Positions 21,243-32,984 are shown, counted from the first letter of the stretch. The stretch is DNA of 64,000 bases from Nitrospirota bacterium (GCA_963845065.1 CAWJQQ010000001.1:608001-672000); one strand, 5' to 3'. Program-made: numbers and translations. The notes: generated by a model not told the origin, from the letters alone.

Positions 21243-21542
21243 TTAGACCCGGAAGCAATGTCATCAACTGTAATTTGCTATCTATGCTTCTTCCCGTCGC
21301 AGCATGTTGAAGACTCTGGTTTAGTTATCCACGGCAGCGTGGACTGCGTCATTCGGCACGGGTCTTACCGTTGACGCAAACTCCAAAGGTTGCAAGTTCC
21401 ATCCGGTACCATCGACGCTCTATCTATGCTGTTGCTTTCCCGCAAAAGATAACTGAATTTGTGTATGTTATAATACCTTGAATTGCTTGGACGGGGAGAA
21501 AGGATATTGAATCCATTTGGGGTGACAGGACCGAAGATCGCT

Positions 21543-22550
21543 TTATCGTATGCCGTTCGACTTCCAGTATACTTCTATTTTGTTCTTCAGCGATTTTGGA
21601 AGAGGAGCATAAATCAGTTCCTTGGCCCTGTTATCGCCGTTCTTGAAGGCCCAGTCGTAAAACTTGATTACTTTCACGTTCGAGTCTTTTTTCTCCTTGG
21701 CAAGAAGGATGAACGTGGCGCCAGCGATGGGCCACGACTTCTTGCCAGGTGCGTTGGTCAACCAAAGATAAAAGTGTTTCGAAGGTTCGAAGTTCGCTGT
21801 CGCTGCGGCGTCTTCGAAGCTCTCGAAGCTTGGTTCAACGAATTGGCCTGCGCTATTCTTGAGCCTCGTATATGTGAGTTCGTTTTCTTTTGCAAAGGCG
21901 AATTCCACATAGCCGATGGAGTTCGCAGTTTTTTGAACATAGTTGGCCACGCCACCATTCCCGTTGGCGCCAATGCCGGCGGGCCAGCTTACCGAGACAC
22001 CGTAGCTGATCTTATCCTTCCATACCGAGCATGCACCACTCAGATAATACGTGAACAGCGCCGTCGTTCCGGAAAAATCGGAGCGATGCACTACGATGAT
22101 TTCGCTGCCCGGTAGAGAAACTGTGGGGTTCAGTTTCTTAATAGCCGCGTCATTCCAGTTCTTGATTTCACCCATATAAATCTTGCAAACGGCTTCTGAG
22201 TCAAGCTTCAATTCTCCAGCTTTTATACCAGTGATATTGACCACTGGCACTACACCGCCAATCACGGTTGGAAACTGGATTAGGTTGTCCTTGGCGAGCT
22301 CTTCTGGTGTGAGAGGTTTATCTGACGCACCGAAATCCACGTTGCGTTCGGTGATCTGTTTGATTCCGCCGCCGGAGCCGATGTACTGATAATTGAGCTT
22401 TATGCCAGTGGCCTTATAGTAATCGTTTGCCCACGCGGAATATACTGGATAAGGAAACGTCGCTCCGGCACCGTTTAGCATTTCCTCTGCGAAAACGACA
22501 GAAGTCAATGCTAGAACTACGATCAATGCCAATGCTGCGACTTTCTTCAT
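21543..22550 (-). CDS. pstS: Phosphate ABC transporter substrate-binding protein
   Basis: GAGATFPYP, GSGGG, DFGASD, HRSDFSGTT, IGYVE. Confidence 0.93.
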   Translation of the reverse strand: MKKVAALALIVVLALTSVVFAEEMLNGAGATFPYPVYSAWANDYYKATGIKLNYQYIGSGGGIKQITERNVDFGASDKPLTPEELAKDNLIQFPTVIGGVVPVVNITGIKAGELKLDSEAVCKIYMGEIKNWNDAAIKKLNPTVSLPGSEIIVVHRSDFSGTTALFTYYLSGACSVWKDKISYGVSVSWPAGIGANGNGGVANYVQKTANSIGYVEFAFAKENELTYTRLKNSAGQFVEPSFESFEDAAATANFEPSKHFYLWLTNAPGKKSWPIAGATFILLAKEKKDSNVKVIKFYDWAFKNGDNRAKELIYAPLPKSLKNKIEVYWKSNGIR

Positions 22551-22600
22551 TTTATGATCTCCTCAATCTGATTTATATTGATAATTTATATCATCGAATT

Positions 22601-22640
22601 ATTACAATAATATTGCAATATCGTTACATTTCAATGAAAC
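22601..22640 (-). promoter_or_regulatory. Pho-box-like array
   Basis: GTTTCAT-tgaa-ATGTAAC-gata-TTGCAAT-atta-TTGTAAT. Confidence 0.65.
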
Positions 22641-23029
22641 TAATTTTCCCCAATTATTTTATCCTGACCCGTTACTACATTGGTGTCGTTGAGTTACCCG
22701 GCAGTATCCGACCGTGGAATATCTCTTTTCAAAATACCAGATGACATTCACGAGACCGATCTGGACAGACACCTCCATTAGGGGACCCGATAACGGTGGC
22801 GAAGGCTGAGCCGAGACTCCCCTGGAAACCATCCCGCGAACGATTCACTTTCACAAAGGCCTCCCGAGCAACGTCTCTGGTCGCCGTCACGCCTACAAAC
22901 CTCCGGAGGTATCCTACGACCTTCGGACAATACTATGTATATATGTTTGTAAAATCTTCAATTTCAAGCCTTAGGCTTCTCCTACCCAGCTTCCTTAAGT
23001 TTCTCGGTAAATAAATAAGGAAGTAACCC

Positions 23030-23560
23030 GTTTTCAATGATCGCCTGGTCGCTTTTTCCACATTATAAGGATCCCACAGGAATAGGACATGCCGAGTACG
23101 GGTATCCTGCCGAGGGTGTTCCGGCGTGCAGGTTCGATATATTCCGACACAGTGGGAGCGAACGTGAAAAGCCACACCATGCCATATATGATACTCGGAA
23201 TGGCGGCCAGCAGTTCAATAGCAATGCCGATTTTGGCCTTTCAGAAAATTCGGCGAGATTTCCATGACGAAGATCACAATGCCGTGGCCGATCGGTATGG
23301 CGAAAAGCAAAGCGAGAACTGTAGTAACGAAGTTGCCGTAAATGGTGATAGCCGCCCCGAGGACGCCAATCACAGGTTTCCAGTCTGTCGAGGTGAAGAA
23401 GTCCACGAGCCCGAATGTCTCCATTGCGAGCGAAGACTCCTTAACGAGCACTATGATGATGCCGTTGATTAAGAGGATGACGGTGAAGGATTCTATGGCG
23501 GTAAAGGTAGAAAAATCAACTCAGGATTTTTTTGTAGAGGTGTGGTTAGTGAGCTAATCT
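23030..23560 (-). pseudogene. pstC: Phosphate ABC permease PstC, N-terminal remnant
   Basis: FGLVDFFTSTDWKP..LGAAITIYGNFVTTVLALLFAIPIG, then IELLAAIPSIIYGMW in another frame; truncated. Confidence 0.8.
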
Positions 23561-23657
23561 TTCTGCTCAATCGAAAGATGAATGAAAACGAAACAGGCCA
23601 GGTACCAGCGATATATACCTGACCCGTTTATTACAACAGACTTTTTACGCCTTTCTG

Positions 23658-24671
23658 TTAATAGTTGATGCCATTTAACTTCCAGTAAGCGCGGATTTTA
23701 TCTTTGAGCGATTTCGGGAGAGGGACATAAATGAGATCCTCAGCCTTTTTGTCGCCGTTGTTAAACGCCCAGTTGTAGAACTTGGTCACCTTTACGTTCG
23801 AGTCCTGCTTTTCCTTGCCGAGGAGGATGAACGTTGCACCCGCGATGGGCCACGATTTCTTTCCCGGAGCATTGTTGAGCCAGAGGTAGAAGTCTTTCTT
23901 GGGATCAAAGTCCGCCGTTGCAGCTGCATCCTCGAAAGTCTTGAAACTCGGCTCCACGAAGTTGCCTGCACTGTTCTTGAGGAGCGTGAAGGCAAGGTTG
24001 TTCTGCTGGGCATAGGCGAATTCAACATAGCCGATCGAGTTCGCCTGCTGCTGAACATAATTGGCCACGCCTTCGTTGCCCTTTCCGCCTATACCCGCGG
24101 GCCAGCTCACGGAGGTCCCAGTGCCTACTTTCTCTTTCCAGGCAGAGCACACATCATTCAGGTAGCCAGTGAAGATCGCTGTAGTGCCTGAACCATCGGA
24201 GCGGTGAACAACCGTTATATTGCCGTCTGGCAGGCTTATCCCAGGGTTCAGCCCCTTGATCTTCGGATCGTTCCAGTTCGTGATCTCACCCAGGTAAATT
24301 TTACAGATCGCTTCGGAATCGAGTTTCATCTCTCCCTTCTTGACGTTCGGAACGTTGACCACGAGCACAACGCCGCCCATGACCGCAGGGAATTGCAACA
24401 AATTGTGTTTTGCGAGAAATTCCGGTGTTTGTGGTGCATCGGATGCACCGAAATCGACGGTTCGCTCGGTGATCTGCTTGATCCCGCCGCCGGAGCCGAT
24501 GGACTGGTAGTTCAGCTTTACGCCTGTTTCCTTGTTGTACTCATTGGCCCAAGCGGAATAAACAGGATAGGGGAACGTTGCCCCAGCGCCGTTCAGCATC
24601 TCCTCCGCTTGCGCCTGATTGATCGACATCATTCCGATAAAAAGTAATGCAATAACTAAAATTCGTTTCAT
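23658..24671 (-). CDS. pstS: Phosphate ABC transporter substrate-binding protein
   Basis: Canonical GAGATFP, YQSIGSGGG, HRSDGSGTT, GGKGNEGV. Confidence 0.95.
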   Translation of the reverse strand: MKRILVIALLFIGMMSINQAQAEEMLNGAGATFPYPVYSAWANEYNKETGVKLNYQSIGSGGGIKQITERTVDFGASDAPQTPEFLAKHNLLQFPAVMGGVVLVVNVPNVKKGEMKLDSEAICKIYLGEITNWNDPKIKGLNPGISLPDGNITVVHRSDGSGTTAIFTGYLNDVCSAWKEKVGTGTSVSWPAGIGGKGNEGVANYVQQQANSIGYVEFAYAQQNNLAFTLLKNSAGNFVEPSFKTFEDAAATADFDPKKDFYLWLNNAPGKKSWPIAGATFILLGKEKQDSNVKVTKFYNWAFNNGDKKAEDLIYVPLPKSLKDKIRAYWKLNGINY

Positions 24672-24731
24672 GTATTTCCTCCTTTTCTTTTATTGCTAGT
24701 TGGTTCGTCTTACCATTTATGCCATAATATT

Positions 24732-24771
24732 GTTGCAGAATTATTAAAATTTGGTTAAGCTTCTGTTAAAT
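24732..24771 (-). promoter_or_regulatory. Pho-box-like array
   Basis: ATTTAAC-agaa-GCTTAAC-caaa-TTTTAAT-aatt-CTGCAAC. Confidence 0.55.
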
Positions 24772-24783
24772 ATTTTGGATCAA

Positions 24784-26132
24784 CTCCTCAGCGAGCGGGT
24801 GAAAATGAGGTATAAAGCTCATAGAACCCGCCCTGCATAAGTGTTTTACGCTTGAAATGGGTGAGATAAATGTGATATGAATCATGCATGTAAAAAAGCA
24901 AAAGGCATCACACATGCATATCACTTTCCTCAATTCAAACCCCATCAGTCGGTATCCGGAATCTTTGGTGATCCCAAAGCCCGAGTAATCAAGTTTACTC
25001 GACAGGGGAAAAACTATATGCGGTGTCTGCGGTAAAACGCATCGATCGATTTATGACCGTAAGGTCAGATTGGTTCGTGACCTATCCAGTGGGGACAACT
25101 GCATTTATCTGGAGCTCGAAATCCGGCGCCTTTTTTGCTGGAGGTGCGGCAAGGTGAAACAGGAAAGGCTCTCATTCCTAGCCGACAACCCATTTTATAG
25201 CAAGCGCTTTGCTTTATTATATCGGCAAACGGTGTAGTACTTCAACGATTAAAGATATTGCGAAAGAATTCCGTTTAAACCACATAAGTGTCAAGGAACT
25301 TGAAATTCGGTATATGTGGCGAAACTTCGCCGTGCCGGGAAGCCAAGAACAAAGTTGATCGGCATTGACGAGATTTCTATCCGCAAAGGTCATATCTACC
25401 GGATCGTGGTGAGCGATTTGGAGAAAAGGCGGTCTATCTGGTTCGGCGGTGAGGACCGCTCGGAAGAGATTATGAATCTCTTCTATGAGTGGGTCGGACC
25501 AGCCAAAACCAAGCATATTCGACTTGCTGTGATGGACATGTGGAAAGGAAACCATTTGAGAAATCCACACACGAGAAAGCACCACAAGCGACCATTCTCT
25601 ACGATAAGTTCCATGTCATAAGGCACCTGACCAAGGCCTTGGACAAAATTAGAAAGAGTGAATATGCCAGACTGACTGGCAACAATCGTAAGTTCATCAA
25701 GGGTCAGAAATATACGCTTCTCTCGCATCGCAAGAACCTTACTACGGATGGGAGAAGATCATTAATGCTAATAAGCGGCTTAATATTGCCTAAATCCTCA
25801 AGGAAGAGTTTGGGCAGCTCTGGGACTATTAATCAGAAGCCTGGGCCAGAAAGTTCCTCGACAACGGGAAGGCTTCGTTAAAATGGCAACGCCTCAAGCC
25901 TTATGAAAAGTTCACCAAGATGGTCGAACGTCATTGGGACGGTATTGCCGCCTTTTGCAAACCCAAAAACAAAGTTGCGCTCGCTTTTGTCGAAGGTCTG
26001 AACAATAAAATCAGGGTCATTCAGCGTCGAAGCTATGGCTTACGCGACGGAGAATATCTTCGTCTCAAAGTTTTGACCTGCATGCTTCCTGAAATCTGAA
26101 AAACAGCTCAAAAGTACCTACTCACTAGTGAG
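24784..26132 (+). mobile_element. ISL3-family element, multiply frameshifted
   Basis: IGIDEISIRKGHIY, AVMDMW, YDKFHVI, FVEGLNNKIRVIQRRSYG; decayed terminal IRs. Confidence 0.88.
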
Positions 26133-26237
26133 TTGTTCCATAAAATAAAATCTTTTTCTGATTGGAATTAATAATATAATTACAAAGACATTCTGCGCTC
26201 GTGTTCTGCATCTTGCATTGTCAGCTTTGAAAAATTA

Positions 26238-26277
26238 TTTTAATCAACTTATCATAATACTGTAATGCCGATGTAAC
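26238..26277 (+). promoter_or_regulatory. Pho-box-like array
   Basis: TTTTAAT-caac-TTATCAT-aata-CTGTAAT-gccg-ATGTAAC. Confidence 0.7.
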
Positions 26278-26440
26278 AGCGCTAGAGTATAGTTTCACAT
26301 CATAAAAAGACGCTCAGAGACAGGAACCAGTTTGGAAATAATCAGCAGCGAAGTTATGTATCGAGATTCAGAAAGGAACTGCTTTAGAAATTTGATAATG
26401 TCTTACAATTTATTGTGAGATATTTTAGAGAGAAGAGATT

Positions 26441-26866
26441 ATGAAATACTTTACAAAGATAGTTGACGGCATGATCAAATTTATGATACCCCTGGTGATC
26501 ATCGCCCTTTTGATGGGAATCGCGCGGGTCATTCTCGACCTGCGCTCCATTTTCGGGAGTCAGACACTAGCGGTCGCTTTTGATTTAATGGTGACCAACA
26601 TCCTTTCGATGTTCATTGTCATCGAACTGTTGCGGAGTATTATTGAATATTTCACCGTGCACCGACTCAAAATAACCTTTATAACCGACGCTGCACTTGT
26701 TTTTGTTCTCCGCGAAATCATGATCGGCCTTTACCAGCACAGCCTGGAGCAAGGAATGATTATAGCGCTTGCCGCCTTGATTCTCGTAATTGGGGGAATC
26801 AGGACGCTTGCTGTTGTTTTTTCACCAGAAAAGGTCCATGAAATGGGAGTTGAGAAACATGGATAA
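26441..26866 (+). CDS. Phosphate-starvation-inducible PsiE-family membrane protein
   Basis: Four TM segments, IELLRSIIEYF...LREI pattern. Confidence 0.8.
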   Translation: MKYFTKIVDGMIKFMIPLVIIALLMGIARVILDLRSIFGSQTLAVAFDLMVTNILSMFIVIELLRSIIEYFTVHRLKITFITDAALVFVLREIMIGLYQHSLEQGMIIALAALILVIGGIRTLAVVFSPEKVHEMGVEKHG

Positions 26867-27160
26867 AAGCGCAAATAAGAACCTGCTGGAAATAATCGAG
26901 GATATTGTGCTGCTCGCGATTTCTCTGACAGTACTTCTCCTGATGATCTTCCACTGGAGATAGAATTCACATGAGGGACCGGCAAAGACGCCAATTTTAA
27001 CGGAAGATTTTCTGTGGGGATTCGCTACTACTTCGGTTTTTCAGCTCGAAGGCTCTACCAACGCGGATGATGGCGTCGTCTCGTATTGCATGGGGCCACC
27101 ATGATTTGGGCAAATGAAAGTGACAGAGGACAAGTGTTGACGGGGTTTTTTGTGGGTAGA

Positions 27161-27229
27161 TTCTAACGATTTCAGATTGTAACTTTATGAGTTAAGAAGA
27201 ATGGAAACCTCAACTGATTCAGGATCAAG
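27161..27229 (+). other. attC-like target site at the left junction of copy C
   Basis: TTCTAAC-5nt-CAG[A]TTGT...TCAACTG-6nt-GATCAAG: canonical R''/L''/L'/R' spacing with an extra base at L'' position 4. Confidence 0.65.
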
Positions 27230-28141
27230 TAAGCCGCTCCGCGGCAGAGAAGCATAGACCGCTTCCTTCTCCCACCTTCATCTCGTTTGGTATTTTCTAA
27301 GCACTTTCCGTGCTACCATATTTCTCCATTGCAGTTCAATCTTATTTCACAAGGAGAGTATGGTCATGGAAAACTGGAACGAGAAGCTCATCAAAGCCCT
27401 GCAACTGAACGGTAAAGCCGAACGATCGCAGGCAAACTACATCCGCACAGTACGGATCCTCACCGAGCATTGTGGCAAGACCCCTGATCTCATCACCGAA
27501 GAAGAACTTCAGGAGTATTTCCTCCATCGCAGAAATGTCAGCCAATGGGCGCCCAACACCATGAAGAGCTGCTACGCCGGGTACCGCTTCTTCTTTGAGA
27601 ACGTTCTCAAGCGTGACGGCACATCTTCAAAATCGCCCGGGCAAAGGCCGAACAGCGGATGCCGACGGTGCTCACGATCGAACGTGACCACTGCTGAAGC
27701 CGAGCCAAAGCTTCCACAGCCTCACCCAACCTGTGGAAGTTGCGGCGGTGCACTCAAAGTGATGTCCTTTTCACTGCCGTACCAGTATATGGCTCGAGCC
27801 GTGTAGTACACGAAGCAAGTTCTTTTTGTATCACAGCCTTCTTTGTGTATGCACTCCTGTGAGTAACATCCGCAGTGGTAACGTACCTGTGCGTCCATTG
27901 AAGGGCAATAGTGCTTGTGCAAACGTATGTGGATGATAGTAATGCCTAACGGTTTGACAAAAATCTTACCGGAAACTGTTTCCTAAAACTCAACCCCTGC
28001 AAATTTCGGCCTTCGCAAAAAACCGCCTATCGAAGCTTTACCCTATATATAGAAGGTTTATCGGCTATCTTCCTGCCGCTTAGGGATTCTTGAACCTTGG
28101 AATGATACGACGTGAAGATGTCGTTTCAATCCTTATAGGAT
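27223..28141 (+). mobile_element. Integrase + IS91-type element, copy C (internally deleted, about 0.92 kb)
   Basis: Both ends present. Integrase 5' third is fused to the last ~40 codons of the transposase near 27682. Confidence 0.88.
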
Positions 28142-28854
28142 GGACATCGCGGGTTATTGTGAGTCGAAATAAATGCATATTTCGATCTGAATATTAGGCT
28201 CATAGGCAATGATACTAACTGTAGCATGCTGTCTATGCGTCTTCCACTCGCAGCATCCTGAAGATCTCCGGTCGAGTTTTTCACGATGACATGGCTTGCA
28301 TCATTCGGTACAGATCTTACCAATGACACAAAACTTCGAAAGCTGCAAGTTCCTTTCATACCATTGCGTTCTATTAAATAAAAGCATATTCTTATCTGTT
28401 CTAAGTTCTTGATTTAACCGCCCTGCCATAAGAAAGACACGTCTGGTGCCTATGAAGGACATTATAGAGCAATGTGTCGCACCTGGTGAAATGCCCTTGA
28501 GCCCCAACCCGTCTGGCGTGTCAACAACATCAACCAACGTTAAGTCTTCGCATATAGGGAATCTCACAGGACAGATTACCTCACCTGATTTGCAAACCTG
28601 GAATATTCCGCCCACCTGCAACTCGACCGGCTGAACACACTGCAGCACGACAATCCGCTGTACAACCAGTTCTATCTGTATATTACTTGTAGGCTCACTA
28701 GAGACTTAGGGTATGCGACTTCCTATGCGCTCCATGCTCAAGCGTATCTATCCCCCCGTGGACAATCGTTGTGAGATACATCCCATTGCAGGGAGACAAT
28801 AAATTTTGTTGCCAAAGTCACCCCGGCTGAGTAAAATGTTCTTATCTTTCAGCA

Positions 28855-29474
28855 TGGATACGATTTTTTTTCTTAAAGGGCTCATAATCGGTTTTGTCAT
28901 TGCAGCACCGGTCGGCCCCATTGGCATCATCTGCGCTCGCCGCACACTCATGTTCGGTAGGCGGGCCGGGTTCTTTTCGGGCATGGGTGCGGCGACGGCC
29001 GACGCCATCTACGGGTTCGTGGCTGCCTTCGGCCTGACGCTCGTGTCGGACTTTCTCGCCGGCCACAATGTGTTCCTCAGGCTCGTAGGTGGTTCGCTCT
29101 TATGCATTCTGGGCGTCAGGACGCTACTTGCGGATCCGACCTTGAATCGCGATTACCCCAAGTCCCTTAAAAAATACGCAGGCTTGTACTCGTCCACGTT
29201 TTTCCTGACCCTCACCAACCCCATTACCATCTTCTCCTTTGCCGCTGTCTTTGCGGGATTCGGACTCGCTGGAGTCAAAGGGAGTGTCAATTCAGCTGGC
29301 GTCCTTATCCTCGGTGTCTTCCTCGGTTCGGCGCTTTGGTGGCTGTTCCTGATAGGCATCTTCAGTATTTTACGCAAACGGTTTCACCTTGATCAACTTC
29401 GCTGGGTGAACCGCATCTCCGGCGGCATCATCATCGCCTCGGGCATCCTCGCCCTCCTGAGCCTGGAGTGGTGA
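28855..29474 (+). CDS. LysE-family translocator
   Basis: IAAPVGPIG, GAATADAIY, LTLTNPITI, GSALWW. Confidence 0.9.
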
Positions 29475-29670
29475 GCCAGGAGTGTTTAGTATTCTCCGAT
29501 TCTAACCATCAAGGTTGATTTATAAAAAAGATAATTAAGAATATAAAATGGGGTGCGAATCGATTACTAAGGGATTATCGAAAAAATAGACATAACAACT
29601 CGCGCAAATGGCAAAACTACTGTCACGGTACATCTGTATTATTTGTTATCAAACATAAAAAGAGCTTAAT

Positions 29671-31180
29671 ATGACGTTGGTGCGGACTTACAATATAAAT
29701 TGTCCTCAGTGTGGCAACAATCAGGACATTCCCATCTTGGAATCAATAAATGTTGAGCTTAATCCTGAATTGCGAGATAAACTTTTCCAATGGGATATTA
29801 ATATATTTACATGTTCAAAATGTTGTGGATTGAGTGCTATAGTTAGTTGAAATTTTAAGTGGCGGCTCCTAAAATGGTAACGTCTTGTTTGCCAACAAAA
29901 ACAGTTACCAAGAAAGGAGCCGTTATGGGAAGAATAATACAGATAAAAAAGAATGGCAAGGTCAAAAAAGCAGAAGGAGCAGTGATAAAGACGCTGCAGG
30001 AGTATGGGGCACTCAATATCAACGCCAGAGTGGAAGCAATCCAGCAGATGATCCCGTTAGCATTGATGCATGCGTTGGAGACCATTGAAAACGATGTTCG
30101 TCAGCTGGCGGGAGAGCGGTATGGCAGAGCGGGACTTCCCGGCCACGATCGGTGGGGCAGTCAGATGGGATCGATATGCATCCATGATCAGAGGATCCCG
30201 ATCCGATATCCGCGAGTTCGGGACACCCTCAAGAAGAAAGAGGTGCCGATCCCGTCCTATGGACAGCTTCATCAGCCTGCCAATGCGGTAGATGATCGGG
30301 TACTTAAACGGATCCTGTATGGGATCAGCTGCAAGAACTACCGGGAATGTGCGGAGCTGATTCCCCAAGCGTTCTCCTTAAGCGCTTCAACGGTTTCCCG
30401 GAAGTTTATCCGAGCAACGATTGAGAAGCTGCAGGAGCTTCAGGAACGCTCATTGGAGGGATATGATTTCGTCGCGCTGGTCATGGATGGCAAGGCTTTC
30501 GGTGACGATGAACTCATCATTGCCTTGGGCGTGACCATGGGCGGTGAGAAGATTCCGTTGGGGTTCGTTCAGAGCGGTGCGGAGAACTCTAGGGTCACGA
30601 AAGATCTTCTGAACGACCTTATCAGCCGGGGTCTCAAGTACGACAAGGGCCTTTTGTGTATTATTGACGGTTCAAAGGGTTTCAGAAAAGGCATCCAGGA
30701 CGCTTTTGGTGCTTACGGCGTCGTCCAGCGTTGCCAGTGGCACAAGCGAGAGAACGTCGTAGACTACCTTCGGCCCGATCTGCAGCCGACTTTTCGCGAT
30801 AAACTACGCCGGGCATATGCAAAGGAGGGCCATGGAGAGGCTAAAGCTGTCTTCCAGACGATCAAGAAGGAGCTTAAACTTATCAATGAGTCAGCGGTAA
30901 ATGTTGTGAAAAAACTTTTAATAATATTGTTCTTTTATATCATGACATGGACTATCAATTTTGCGTTCAGTATTATCCTCCAGAAGAACTTGAAGATGCT
31001 ACGTTCTAAAAAAATTTTACAAAAAATGAATACCTACGTTACCCTGAGAAAGTTACAGCACTGATAAGCAAGACAAATTCCATGCTGTATCTTGTTCAAA
31101 CAAGTATTATTTTCAGCATGCAAGAATTAATTTTATGTGTAACTTTTAGGGAAGGTGTCCTCAGGAACATTAAGGAGTAA
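29671..31180 (+). pseudogene. CpXC-domain protein split by IS256 (29671-29827 + 30909-~31180)
   Basis: INCPQCG..ESINVELNPELRDKLF..INIFTCSKC / CEKTF..LLYHDMD; AAATGTTGTG is duplicated at both junctions. Confidence 0.75.
29828..30898 (+). mobile_element. IS256-family element, 3'-truncated
   Basis: LVMDGKAFG, CIIDGSKG, QRCQWHKRENV; similarity stops at INESAV. Confidence 0.88.
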
Positions 31181-31447
31181 GGCATGGGAAAGTATTATTT
31201 CGACCTCTTTTATAGGGGCTTATTTAATCGTATTTTCCATCTTCAAGTTTATGGGGATGCCGAACAAAATATTCAGATTCCAGCAAATTAATGGATTAAG
31301 AGAATTTGGTGTTCAATCCTTTTTACTGTTATCGTTTTGTATTTTCGTAGGGATTGCTGGAATTATCAAACAGTATAAATATACGGCAACGTCAGCCGAG
31401 CCGGGATGATAAGAAGAAAATGAATGGGTGACAGATATCTCTTGTCG

Positions 31448-31852
31448 CTATATAATTCGCCTTTGGGTTTTGGTGGATTCAAGAACCGAGTCTGGGAAAA
31501 GCTTTTCAACTTCCAGATGTATTTCACCGGAGGTGAATGGTTTTTTCAAAATACCCTCTGCGAGACGGTGGGCTTCAATCGTACTATCTTTTGCCTTCAA
31601 GATGACCGCAATAATTGGAATATTTTTGAAAGCTTCCTGTTCTTTGACACGGTTTATGAATTCAATGCCGCTCATGTGGGGCATATGCATATCAACAATA
31701 AGAAGACTTATGTCAGGATTTTGGGTAAGCTTGTTCAGCCCCTCCTGTCCATTAGATGCGGTAAGAACTGGACATTTATATCTAGCCAGTGTTATTTGAT
31801 AAATTTGATGAAGTGCAACCGAGTCATCAACAACAAGAATTTTTTTCAGCAT
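31448..31852 (-). CDS. Single-domain response regulator (CheY-like)
   Basis: ILVVDDS, IVDMHMP, KKPF. Confidence 0.88.
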   Translation of the reverse strand: MLKKILVVDDSVALHQIYQITLARYKCPVLTASNGQEGLNKLTQNPDISLLIVDMHMPHMSGIEFINRVKEQEAFKNIPIIAVILKAKDSTIEAHRLAEGILKKPFTSGEIHLEVEKLFPDSVLESTKTQRRII

Positions 31853-31896
31853 AATAATTGTAACTCCTCTAACGGTGAAGATACCGCATCGTGAGT

Positions 31897-32091
31897 CTAT
31901 TTTTTGATATAAGCATTCAAGCCGATAATGACGGTCTTACCGTCAATCTTCACATCTGTTTCCTTGTCCCCCCTTGTACTGGCTTCCACAAGAGTTTTTC
32001 CCGATGCACTCGGTGTCGATGTTTCAAGGTCAGCGGTGATAATCAGTTTATCGGCTTCAATTTTTGCGACGATTGCCATGAGAACCTCCAT
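31897..32091 (-). CDS. Small conserved hypothetical protein
   Basis: PSASGKTLVEASTRG...IGLNAY pattern; GGAGG RBS before an internal ATG. Confidence 0.65.
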   Translation of the reverse strand: MEVLMAIVAKIEADKLIITADLETSTPSASGKTLVEASTRGDKETDVKIDGKTVIIGLNAYIKK

Positions 32092-32289
32092 TGTGGGATT
32101 GGGGATATTATATCAGAGATGATCCCCTCCGTGAAACTACAGAAATCTTATTTCGGAAATCTATCACACCATGCTCGTTTTTTACATGCAGGACAATAGA
32201 GATATTTGCGATTTACCCTCCATTAATACCTCTATAATTCAGAATATATAAATATAATAAGTTGTACCGTATTTTATGCACGGTCATTT

Positions 32290-32541
32290 GAATGTGATAG
32301 AATTCCAGTAATTGAAAACAAGAAGTCCTGCTATGCCGAAAATAACGCCAAACAAAAGGAGCAGTGTCACTTGGAAAAGGATGTGGAACTTCTAGTTCAA
32401 GAAGATATGATTATTATCAAGCCAGAAAAAAAACGCCGCGAAAAGACTGGGAATTACAATTTAAAAAAATGAAGGAATACGGTGAAGACCGGTTGCTTGT
32501 TCCCGATAAATTAGGTCTCGATATAAAGGGATGGGAATAGT
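32290..32541 (+). pseudogene. MazE/AbrB-like antitoxin remnant
   Basis: EQCHLEKDVELLVQEDMIIIKP..PRKDWELQFKKM..EDRLL; 5' end decayed. Confidence 0.65.
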
Positions 32542-32862
32542 AATCGTGCAATATGACGTTTTCCTTATATCCCTCGATCCAAACATAGGGCACGAGATAA
32601 AAAAACACGACCATGCGTCGTCATTTCACCAGACGAGATGAACAAGTATATTTCTACGGTGATAATTGCCCCGCTGACATCGCAATCACATGCTTATCCT
32701 ACCCGCATGCCAGTCAAATTCAAGAGGAAAGATGGCTGGATTGTTTTAGACCAAATTAGGATGGTTGCCAAACAAAGGCTGGTCAAAAAACTGGGGGTAA
32801 TTGGGCAAGATACCATTCTCACTGTGAAAAACGTTATTCGAGAAATGCTGATAGAACCTTGA
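32531..32862 (+). pseudogene. mazF: MazF/PemK toxin with a 1-nt frameshift in an A run
   Basis: QYDVFLISLDPNIGHEIKK / RPCVVISPDEMN..VIIAPLTS..LDQIR; the A7 run near 32599-32605 is one base short. Confidence 0.85.
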
Positions 32863-32984
32863 CAACTTTGTGTTTTCGCAGCACACGGCTTTTTTGTAGT
32901 CACAGCTCAAAAAAATAAGGATATTGTCGCAATCAATGGCCGTTATACCGAAGTTAAAAGTGTTGAACCCATTAATCATACTTC

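Noticed and set aside
22690..22940. Possible ECF sigma factor fragment (minus strand)
   Set aside because: Only a short weak resemblance (YLRRFVG..DVAREAFVKV); cannot be supported without a search.
28140..28750. Short ORFs downstream of copy C as captured cargo
   Set aside because: No convincing RBS or motif, and they lie outside the conserved element end.
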